Below, in pieces: positions 52,948 to 64,000 of a DNA stretch of 64,000 nucleotides; positions within the stretch are counted from its first letter, which is position 1; each line of letters starts with the position of its first letter. The stretch comes from Hormiphora californensis. Taxonomy: Eukaryota; Animalia; Ctenophora. The stretch spans positions 8,246,001 to 8,310,000 of the forward strand of contig CM035354.1 of the NCBI GenBank assembly GCA_020137815.1. The letters are read 5' to 3'. Both the position numbers and the translations under genes were made by a program. The notes beneath the pieces are model-generated. The model worked only from the letters and a program-made list of their open reading frames with translations, was not told the origin of the DNA and did not search any database.

Positions 52948-55900
52948 CTACATTTTAGAGGGGGATCCGTTAGTCTTCCCTTCGTCAGCAGGAGAAAGGG
53001 GAGGGGAGGGGCTTCTTAGAGTTCTGTAGTAGCCATTACGGGCATAGAACGCCTGCTGTACTAGCTCCCTGTATGTAGGGGCAATGGTCGACCAAACCTC
53101 TATAGTCTGCCATCTGAGGAGAGAGAGGGTAATTGGGTTAAACTGTGGAGTGTTGTACACACTGTATAGTTCCCGGAACTTCACCACCATGTCCCTGAAT
53201 AAAGCATAATACCCCATTTCCACATATTTCCCAACTCCTGAATATATCTTGGCATTTCCCCGACGATCTCCAACTCCCTCCCCCACTTCTGAATATAATA
53301 TATCCCACTCCCTTCACCTGTAGTTGTCAGGAAGTGTTTCACAACTTCCCAGTATGGTCCCTGTGTAGTCATGGTAACTGGTAACCAGGGCTTCCAACCA
53401 ACTGTTATCTGTATTCCTGTCACTGTCTAGCAACCCTCGATATACCAGAATACCTGTAGAGAGAGGGAGGTGAAGTATTTAGCACATCGGGGGTGGTCTA
53501 GTGGTGGTAATATTTTATTTTAAGATAGGTATCTGACAGATACTAGTATCTATCAAACAAAATACCTTGATCGAATATCTTGGTAATCTTCTTGTGTAAT
53601 TTCTCTCCAGGCATGATCGTTGTTGGGATTCCCTTTCCTATCATATCACGGAGCTGTCAGATTAAATAGGGAGATATTAAAGCGGGGTGAGTTGGGGGCG
53701 AGTTCCCTTCTCCAGGGATGTCACGTGCGATAAACAGAGAGGAGAGAGAGAGATAGAGATAGAGATATTTGTCAACTCTATAATTTGATAATCATCATCA
53801 TTCAGACTTGGTTCAACTACCATACTCTCCCTAAACGATATTTGTAATGACATGCAGCTCCTTCAAATACCTCTTTAGAGAGTGGTGAATCTCTTTGAGA
53901 GGGAAACTCTGGTGGTCCCCCTGTACTGGTATCTAGCAGCACTTCAAGTAGGGAGTTAGGTCCTGGTCTGGTTATTATTGGTACTGTAATGTGGTTGGGA
54001 CCCAGCCTGGGCAGAACACCTCGCCCCGCTAGACCTGGGGGGGGGGGGGTGAGACGTCAGTGGGGTATTTAGTGGGGGATCGGGTAGTGGTAGTGCAGTT
54101 TCTACCTTTAAAGGTAAATTCTCGCGAAAACCCAGTTCATTTGACAAAGGGAAATTACTGCCCCACTCGAAATTTCACGATTACATCATGAAAATCTCAG
54201 TAGATTCTCTTGACATGTTATAACCGATGGAACACGTAGTGGGAGGTGGCATAGGGGTCACGGTCCCTATAAGTGCTTGTCTGATTCCGTGGGCCAACCA
54301 TGCATTTATAGGAAGGGGGTCGTAGATTTTATAAAGTGTCGGTTTCATAGGGGGGGGGGGGGCAAGGTAGGTAGGTATAATATTATTTGGTATTGCCAAT
54401 ATAAGGTATATTTTTTCACCCCCTTACCCAACAAATAATATTAGTTTCACGCACCTGTTCTTCCGCAGGGGTTTAGCGGTGCTCCATTCTTCACAAGATA
54501 CACTCCCTCATAACTAGCCCTATCATCTCCCTCTACCACCTCATTCCAATACACCCCAGTCCTCCTCTCCCCCGGCAGAGAGGGATCACTCCAACTGGTC
54601 GGGGTGTATTTTAACATGGGGTGATCCCAGTCATAGTGCTCTCTCTTCACAAACACCCTCCTGACACCCCCAGCAGGGTACTCTGGTACACGACACAATC
54701 TGCCCATCAGGATGAGTCTGTCTGTGTCTACAGGGAGGAGGCAGGAATCAGGGGTACTGGGGGTACCATCTGGGGATATGGAGGGTATCTCTACATCCAT
54801 CATGGTCTCACAGGCACCACTCTCCACCAGGGGCACATCCTCCTCTGCTATCTGGAGACCCAGGTCTTCATCCAACTGGGGGAGGGGTTTAGAGGGGAGT
54901 GGGAATTGAAAACGGTAAACTCTACCAGTCTCACTATATCCTGACCCTCTAACCTGTCGATACAAGCAAGGATACTCTAAAGTCCTTACAATTTAGACCC
55001 CCACCTACCTCTTCTATTCCATAGTCAGTTCTCTCAGTGATGGAAGGTCTCTGCATCACACTCATCACAGCCATACTCCGCCTTGTACTCTTCAACCCTG
55101 CCGAGGTGTCCAATACCCCCTGAATAGAGGACTCCAGGGTCTTCAGCCTCTTAGCTACATTACCAACATCCACCACAAGCCCTTTAACACTTGTCTGTAG
55201 CACGTCCTCTGCAGTGACGTTCTAGTGGGGTAAATAACGGGATCAGTTAGTTAATCAGACCATATAAGGGCATGTAGTTACCTGGCGCCGCTCTAGGTGG
55301 TTCCTCCTACATTCTGACTCCAGGAGCGATATCTTGATACGCTCATGCTCATCCTCTCCACCCCCGGGGGTAGAGGGTTTGGTGGCATCCCTGCCCCGTG
55401 CACAACAAAAACACTTCTTGCATACCAGGGCAATAAACCTGCAGAGAGATGTCATTGGGGCCGCACATCAAAACAAGTGGTTGCTATGGAGACAATAATG
55501 CTACCTGTATACGTGTAGGAAGGTAGAGATAGGAACAGGAAGGGGTGATCTACTCCTAAACTCATTCATAAGATCAAACTTCTGGCGCTTCCACATAGTC
55601 GCTGATTTCGCCTCAATGTTCGAGTAAGTACTTGAAAACACTGAACACAGCAGGAGGGGGTTGAGGGTGAGTGGTTGCTAAGGGTTGTATCTGGTTGCTA
55701 AGGGTTGTATCTGGTTGTTGAGGGTTGTATCTGGTTGGTAAGGGTTGTATCTGGTTGGTAAGGGTTGTATCTGGTTGGTAAGGATTGTATTTGGTTGCTA
55801 AGGGTTGTATCTGGTTGGTAAGGGTTGTATCTGGTTGCTAAGGGTTGTATCTGGTTGGTAAGGGTTGTATCTGGTTGGTAAGGGTTGTATCTGGTTGGTA

Positions 55901-58900
55901 AGGGCCATGTATCTGGTTGGTAAGGATTGTATTTGGTTGCTAAGGGTTGTATCTGGTTGGTAAGGGTTGTATCTGGTTGGTAAGGGTTTTATCTGCTAAT
56001 ATTTACCTGCTACTAGAAGGTTCAACATTAGGACAGCAGCTAACATCATGTAAATAGCCAGGAATATCCTAACAACGTACTGGTTGAATTTACATACAAC
56101 ATGTCCCTCTCCATCGGAACACGTGAACTCCGGACAGTTCTCCTGCAGGTCATACACCATAGGGAATTGTGTTCGAGTGGGGCAGTGTTATAGCAGCCCC
56201 TTACTCAATAAGGGTAGTTAGAGAATCGTTGGAGAGGAATTATAGATTCTGATTTCTGACCATTTAAAAACTGTAAAATTCTTACAATTGAAGCGTTGTA
56301 GTGCTTGTTGTAGTAGTTACAGTAATTTTCATTCATTTCCGATAATAGATCCTCCTCCCCTATCTCTCCAAACAGATTCACATAGGGCCTCCACACGATT
56401 TGGAATAGCTGAGGTGTGAGGGAGGGGGTGAGGAAATATAAAACTGAGACATTATAAGTGACAGCTTGCTTCGCTTCTGTATTTAATTATGATCTCTTGA
56501 TGAAGGGTGGTAATGCATTATGAACGTTTCCGAGAAACCTGAAGACAACTTAAATTAGAAGTTACGATATTGTATTAGCTTTAAATGTCTCGTACCATTG
56601 CGAAGCTGATACTTTCGAATTTGTTGGGGTTCATTATGGCCGTGGTAGAAACTCCATAACCAATAACGAATATAGCCACCAGGTGGATGAAGAACATCAG
56701 ATCCAATAACATCTACAAGGGGGAGAGAGTTTATAGTTACCATAGCAACCACACATAGCAACCAAACATAGCAACCACAATCTATAGTACTAACCTTATG
56801 CATCATCATGACTTTAGGTCCGAGTTGTTTATCTATCTGTAGAGCCTGGCAGATTCTCATGCAGTATAGGATGAATGCAGCAGAGAATAGCAATCTAAAG
56901 GAGTTCTCCCAGATGGACATGTCCATATCCATGGCCACCTCTCCAGATGCACCCTTGTCACTGGTTTCTATAGAGGCCTTCATCTTGCATACAAAGGCAG
57001 ACAGAATCAGTAACATACACATTACATCGTTCTTGTTATAGATGTTAGAGATGTACATCTTCAGCTTCCCTCTGAATGTGGTGGGGTAGGAGAAGTAGAT
57101 CTGTCTGACCTCTAATGGAACCAGAGCCAGCACCCACAAGTATACAAAGGTCTCTGAGAGGGTCAGATGGCAACCAAATATCTTCCTCAACCGAATAGTT
57201 GCATCCCCACAGGAGGAGGGATCCATTTTCTGTCGGATCAGGAGGGCAATGGCGTACCCCCACAGAAAGAAGCAGTAAACAATCATGTAGATGTAGAACT
57301 TGGTTATTGGGGCTTTGTAGAAGTATTTACACCGGGTAAAGAATGGTAGTTTGAACACCCTCGCATCACTTCCTGCCCCTTCTGGCCCTGTCTGGGCTCT
57401 GGATACAAAAGCGTTACGGCGGTTAGAGTTAGGGTTCTCCTCTCTCCTTTGTGACTTCATCTTCTTATTCAGTCTGGCCACCTCATCAGGCTTAGGATCT
57501 CTAAATGAGGCCAGGAAGGGAAGGAGGAGGGATATCAGGATCCTAATGAAGGATATATCAGGATCCAACCAACCCATCCACTCAGAATCCACGTACTCCT
57601 GGACACTATTGTGAGCTATCACCTCAGTGGCCTCGCTATAATCTGCCATCTCTAACAGAGTCAAGTCCCCCCACATAGTGTAGCGATATCGGATTAGACC
57701 CCGGACATTCTGTTCTGGATACCTAGCTACCTCATCTAACACAGATACAGTTAACCCCTCGAACTCTGCAGCCCACACCTCCAACCTGTCAGCTAGTGCA
57801 TCAGTTATCTCAATAGTCAGCTTCTCTTGTTCCTTCATCCACGTGTTAACAAACTTGCACACTAGACCCAGGTAGAGAGGTGTCCGGGAATACTCCCAGA
57901 ACACCTTGGCCATGTCATGCTCGTGTACTAAACACAAATACAGTGCCAGGATATTCTCAGGATCTTCAAAATCATATCCCCTTCCCACCTCATACCCTCC
58001 CCCGGGGGAGGCGGATTTCTGGCGCTTCACGGTGTATTCGTCAGCGTCAATGTACCGGTAACTAGTGCTAGATCCGTTAGTCTTGGTGCCACATATCTTG
58101 ATGGAGGAGAGTGGGAGGAGATCAGGGGAGGGGGCAGCGTCTAAATCTGTCGAGGGGTCCCTTTTAGCAGGGGCTCTGATGACACCTGCACTTATCTTGT
58201 GCACCACCTATACAGAGGGATTATTAGAATGGATAAGTAATGATTGGATTAATTGGATTTAGATCGTTACAGGGTCAGTAAAATAGTGGCGTGTAATGGA
58301 ACCTCACCCTTGCAAAGTGTTCAAACATGAACATATCAGGGTCCTTGCACTCCTTCAGGAGGAGAGAGTACATGAGTGTAGATTTATCAGTGCTCCTCAA
58401 CATCCTCTCAAATCTCTCCTCCGTTAGAAAGGTCTTGATACTGGCATTCCGCCCAATTATATTGCGGATAAAGGGGATCTGCTTGTGTGTAATGGCCAAC
58501 CCTAGCAGGTCATTCAGCTCACTCTCCTAAGAAGGGGGGTTGTAGTTATAAGAGATGAAATTGAAGGTGAAGTTTCCTCAAATCCCCATAACCTCGTCAA
58601 AATGTCCCAAACAAGTTCACTCATACTGTATACTGGTATAATAGACTAAAATATGTACTCTCCCTACCTCTAGGACCATGTTGGTAAAGATGTATTCCTC
58701 AGCTATGTCAAGACGTTCCCACTGGATAGTCAGTTCCAATTGCTTCTTCAATAAATCCTTGCCTTTCTCCTTTGTAGCTTGTACTTGACTCACAAACTCA
58801 CTTGCTGAATAACACATTATAAAGTTATTCATTTGTTGAAGAAGAACAATACAATAATTATTATTTTCACTTGCTGGACAAAACAGCGCTCTTCCTCGTA

Positions 58901-61900
58901 AATCAAGTGGCTATGTGGTCATGGAGTCATGTCACTGGCTTCGCGAAGATTGGGAAGTGCTATTTAACCATTCAATAAAATCGAGTCGAGACATAATTTA
59001 GAAATTAAAAACATAACCTTTCTTGCTAAAACTTACTTCTCCGTACGCAGTACTCAGCGGTATCCCCAAAGTTGGTGCAAACTTTCACAGTAAGACTCCT
59101 GATGAGCCCCTTTAGAATTGCTTTGTCCAAGTCTTCCCCCTTCCCTGGCTTCCAGATAGTCACCTGTGTTACAATTGATGTGTGTGACCTAACATGGCTT
59201 AATTACATATGGTCATGTCACCTGTCAGCAGTATTTAAAGGAGTCCTCGGATTACCAAAATTACACAACATTCACAACATACATAGATCCCTTACCGATA
59301 ATCCCAATATCTCTCTCTCCAATAATCCCAATATCTCCCTCTCCGAATATCTCCCTCTCCAATAATCCCAATATCTCCCTCTCTGATGAAAGATCCCCCG
59401 TTATCCCCCATTCTTACCAGGTCATCGTGATGTAGAATCTGATCGATCATGCCCATAAAGTGATCATATTGTTCCTGTTTCCGTCCTGGTAGAGCCTTAG
59501 CAAGCTCCCCCATAACCAGTTGTCTGTCTTCATCTCCCTGCAGTCTCCTTACATTAACAGATCCAAACCTTTTAAAAAGAGACGTCATGCTTTCAGTATA
59601 CATTAGAGCCACTAACCGAATTTAACATGTCTAGTTCAATCTCACTCTCTCTCTCTCAGTGGTGCTCCAGCCTCCGTGGTATTGGCCGCCCGCACAGCAC
59701 CGCCCAAAACGTTGTCTACGATTTATGCGGGCGGCCAATATGACCACTGTCTCTCATACTCCCTTTCCTCTTACCCTTCAAAGACGCTCTCCAGTGAAGC
59801 TAGTTCATGTGCTAGACACAGCACGTCCGAGATGCGACCTGAATCACGGAGGATCACTAAAGGTAACCCTGCCTCTACCCTCAATAGGGCCTCTTCAAGA
59901 GACCCACCACCTCCCTCTATCAGGACTGATACTAGCTGGGCACCAGTGGCCCTTGTCAGCGCTTCTTGCAACTCCACACGGAACTTCCTCACCTAGAATT
60001 GTAAAATTTTAGTAACACTCGGGAAGAATACAATCTTTTAAAATATAATCGTTACCCGTGATTTGGGGATTACATATTACGCTACCAAGTAGTGAAAGGG
60101 ACTTCCAATCTAGAACTTCCTGTTCCTCTCTCAATCTCTCTATTTCTCTCACAACTCTACCTGTGTCTCTCACATTCCTACCCGTTCCGCTTACAACCCT
60201 ACTGCCTACCTGCGTCTCGTGGAAGTTATTCCTAGTTCCGTGATCCAGAAGGATGAAATGGGTATGCTCATGTTCCAGAGCCATGTGGAGAGGTTTCCCT
60301 GTCGCATCATCCCTTTCTAGTTCCCTCAGAGATACTGAGTGGTAGTGGGCAGGAAACAAACCCTGAGGAGGGAGTGGAGTATTGAACGATAGTGATTTAG
60401 GAACATGTACTATACCCTGAAGGAGAAATTATAGAAGTGTAGGGTGGGGAATAAAAAGGAGATATGGTTGGAAAACTAAAATACAAACAGCTCAGTATAC
60501 CTCTTGGTTGACTAGTTGCCAGTTGTTAGATACAGCACCCCACGAGTTCACCCCAATAACAGGTATAGAACTAGTGAAACTCCTCTTCATGGCCACAGCA
60601 TCACCCACCAGATTACTAACTCCCTGATAGGAGAGAGGGTGGGTGTTACACGGGGCCGGGGGTGGGGGTAGAGGCCACAGCATCACCCACCAGATTACTA
60701 ACTCCCTGATAGGAGAGAGGGTGTTACACAGGGGGGGGTGGAGGCCACAGCATCACCCACCAGATTACTACTCCCTGAATCCCTGATAGGAGATTACTAA
60801 CTCCCTGATAGGAGAGAGGGTGGATGATGGATGGTTTATACAACAAAGAGAGGTTTGAGGAATTCAGTTCAGGAATGAGTGAGCCCCCCCCCCCTACACT
60901 AGTGAGTGTAGACTGTGAACTGTTATAGAGATGATGTCTTGAAGATAGGTCATAAAGAGTCTTGTCCCGGTTTTGTAAAAACTAGATTGGTATGTCACTT
61001 TTATACTGTTGTTGAGGAACCCTATACACAAGAAGCCCCCTTTTTCAAACTGGTATGTGATTCTGTCAGCGTGCTGCTAAACTACCCAGTGCCTGGTTAC
61101 CTAATGATATTGTAGTCTCGTGGTAACTACGTGGGCGAGACTCCCCTTTTTCATTTCTTCCAATAACCAATCCCTCTTTTCTTCCCCTTCATTTATTTCT
61201 CGGTAATCTCTGAGCTATGAGCTATCGTCAATGGCTAGTTACCTGTCACATCTCTTTATGTCTCTCTCTCTCTCTTATTCAGTGAACCTCTCCCTGTCTC
61301 TCCCTGCCTCCCTCCCTCTCTCCCTCATGTCTCTCCCTCTCCCCACCTCTCCCCTGCAACCTACGTACATGGTTGACCCCACTGGTGAAGAGCCACGCCT
61401 TAGTAGATTTGGCTGCTTTGACAAGCCCTGTTTTTATCTCCATCTCTGCCGCTGTAATAAGAGTGGGAGTTAGGAGTGAGGAACGAGATACAGTATAGTC
61501 CCACTATGAAGGACAAAGATATTGTGATACAGTGGTGATTATTGTTGTGTTAATACAAAAAGCGTGTGCTTGGTTCAGGGTTTCATTCATGATCTAAATG
61601 AGTGTCATTGTTCGACAAAACAAAGTGAATAGGAAATAAAGCGGGGAACAATGATTAAATGAATTCATTTTTAGTAAAAAAGATACCGGTTTAACATATA
61701 TCTTACTTGCCGACCACCCGTTCGTATCTGCACTACACACTACACTCTCTGTGTATACTCAAGTTCAGTTCATGCACTGTTTCAACTTCATGAACTAACT
61801 AATCATACTTGTTACAATTATACGGAAAACAGTTGAATTGTTCATCCGCGTAGCGCGGAACACAGATTCAAGCGACTCAAAAGAACAGCACGTTTGTGCT

Positions 61901-64000
61901 GCAACAGAACAGCTTCATTACAGATAAACTGTAGGCACTTGTTGAGTTACTCATAGGCATAGATTTCAACTCACCCATCAATGCAGAATCAAACTTTGAG
62001 TGTCCCCCGAATACAGAGATGAGAAGGTTTGGAAAGGGCAGACTCCACTTGTTTAGTAGGAGATCGGTTAGATTGGCTATCTTCGTCTCAACATCACATC
62101 TTAGATACTGAATGACTTTCGGTAAACGCGACGGGAACTATGTATGTAGTTGAAACGAGAAAAAAAACTAAGATTAAAGATTTCACAACCATCCCCCAAA
62201 ATGTGGGATTCCCCCCCCCCTCCCAATTATGTGGGATCCCCCCCCCCCCAATTATGTGGGATCCCCCCCCCCTCCCAATTATGTGGGATCCCCCCTCCCA
62301 ATTATGTGGGATTCCCCCCCCTCCAATTATGTGGGATTCCCCCCCCCCCCTCCCAAAATGTGGGATCCCCCCTCCCAAAATGTGGGATCCCCCCCCCTCC
62401 CAATTATGTGGGACCAAACCGGAAAACTCACCAATGGAAGAATATCATTCTCAGCTGACATGAAGTTGATCTCTCCGTATGCATCAGTAGGTCGTTTAAC
62501 AGTGTCTGTCTGGTAATTCCACTCTTCTGTTGAGGGTAGGCCCTCTCCCAGAGCATCTCTCTCATGATCCTCTCTCTCATAGCCACACTTGCACCTGTTA
62601 GGAATGCTGGGTTATTGCCAGAATATAGGAATGATAACTGGGTGACAGGGAGCGAGAAGTTAAGATGTTGTGAGACAGAGAGGGTGAGAGAGAGGAAATG
62701 GTTATAAGAGACATGACATTGATTGAACTGCAGATTAGGGGTTGCTAAGTCGGAATGAATCGCTATGAATCATATTTCCTGATATTCATTGGGCAATTAT
62801 CTACTGATATCCGGAGTTTCAGCCCAAACGGTTGAGCCACTAAGGATCGCAAGCCACTTTTGTGACCCTTGTTTTTGCTGTTTATTGCAGTGCGCATGGG
62901 TTGTATTCGTGCACATACGGTTGTATAGTATAAAATTGGGTCTTTATAGTCAAATATCGCTATGAATCATATTTCCTGTTATTTATTGGGTAATTATCTA
63001 CAGATATCCGGAGTTTCAGCCCAAACGGTTGAGCCACTAAGGATCGCAAGCCACTTTTGTGACCCTTGTTTTTGGTGAAAAATCGGGAAAAAATCGAAAA
63101 AAAATTTTAAAATTTTAAAATTTCAAAACACGGAAATTAGTTCATAGAACATCCCAATACATGTGCAAGACTTTAAAATTGAGTATTCAAAAATTTCAAC
63201 TTAGCAACCCCTACTGCAGATAGTGGTTATCGAGTTATCAAGTTCTGTTGGGGAATGGGACTCATGTCACACGAAAAAGGATTAATGAGGGGCGGAGGAA
63301 GACATCAGAGCAGCAAGTTAAAAAAAGTCCATTTATGGAAGGAAGAAAGCCCTGCCATTGTCTTCTACGTCTGCTTGAGGCTGGTTATGTGATCTGTACT
63401 CAGCGGGGCACGTGTTATTCATGGTCATTCAGTGGTTACCATGGTTACCAAGTTACTATGGTTACCTACCTGTTGATTTGCTCCTCGGTAACTGGTACAA
63501 ACTTGCAGCATTCTCTCCTTCTGTAGGTGTCAGTGATGTAGTACGGTGGCGGTCCTTTTGTCTGAAACAGTGAACATATAGTGTGCACATGACCTGCTGG
63601 ATTTATTTGTCACTGTGTCTCGCTGCATCAACTCAAAATAAAAGTGAAATAATTTTTGCTGTTCATCCCATTTTTAAAAGTTTAATAATAATTGATGAAC
63701 GACAGTGAATAGGACATTTTTCATACTGAACCAATGTTCAACCTCTCATTCAGTCACAGAATTTCATAAGAAGGCACACCTTCTTACTAAGTATTTACCA
63801 AACTACAACAAGCTGTTTTATATTTATTCATAGAGAATTTTCAAAGCTGTTCACTATGCTAGACGCCACCACTGTAAAACAGAGTACATAATAAGATCAC
63901 CACTAACATGACGTAAAACTAAAATCTCCCTTCCAAGAACCTACCACTGTAGACTTGGTGCGTCTAACACTGCCAATAGTTCGGGAGAGAGAAGATGCGA
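52948..64000 (-). CDS. TRPM2-like cation channel with C-terminal NUDT9-homology domain, 5'-partial, ~20 exons
   Basis: MHR motifs CKCG, PTDAYGEI, PNLLISVFGG, HTHFILLD, LIEGG and W.RLDIA; TM region LGPKVMM; pore RPYVNLFGEI; S6 LMLNLLVAVF; TRP box WKRQK; NUDT9-H PLNPCGRTGLAGRGVLPRLGPNH and RNTDNSWLE. Confidence 0.92.
55672..55990. repeat. 20-bp minisatellite in a TRPM intron
   Basis: Unit AAGGGTTGTATCTGGTTG(G/C)T, about 16 copies. Confidence 0.95.
62194..62414. repeat. C-rich ~22-25-bp tandem repeat in a TRPM intron
   Basis: Unit CCCAATTATGTGGGAT(C)n. Confidence 0.9.
62736..63213. mobile_element. Non-autonomous hAT element
   Basis: TIR TAGGGGTTGCTAAGT / ACTTAGCAACCCCTA, a perfect 8-bp TSD CTGCAGAT, and an internal ~115-bp direct repeat. 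Confidence 0.92.

Noticed and set aside
62094-62516. Pro/Gly-rich ORFs
   Set aside because: These are translations of the C-rich tandem repeat in a TRPM intron.

Overview
Gene-dense eukaryotic (animal) DNA with short GT-AG introns, long (AG)n/(GT)n microsatellites and many small non-autonomous DNA transposons. The overall style suggests a ctenophore-like invertebrate; this is inference, not established. Protein-coding genes reconstructed by eye: an FRS2/DOK-like PTB adaptor (-, running off the left edge), FARSB (-), NAPRT (+), a short ATP6AP1/Ac45 (+), an FMO (+), a tail-anchored coiled-coil protein resembling KASH5/IRAG (-), UBE2Q (+), FDPS (-), CCDC177-like (-), a class A GPCR (-), an LPCAT3-like MBOAT (+), and a TRPM2-like channel with a NUDT9-H domain (-, running off the right edge). 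Mobile DNA includes a 5'-truncated CRE/RLE-type non-LTR fragment, several TA-target MITEs (two nested sets), a hAT MITE with an 8-bp TSD and a probable non-autonomous Helitron. The most notable observations: (1) splice acceptors lie immediately upstream of most start codons and some same-strand genes are tightly spaced, suggesting SL trans-splicing or operons; (2) splice signals are repeatedly tandem-amplified, including a 1.2-kb AG-free branchpoint/polypyrimidine minisatellite; (3) the KASH5-like tail ends non-canonically; (4) the TRPM2 Nudix box appears lost; (5) the Ac45 lacks its N-terminal pro-region; (6) an unexplained ~45-nt non-coding motif occurs twice, 43 kb apart. Frameshifts in FARSB and FDPS are probably assembly errors. 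No prokaryote-type system (CRISPR etc.) and no rRNA or tRNA gene was recognised.
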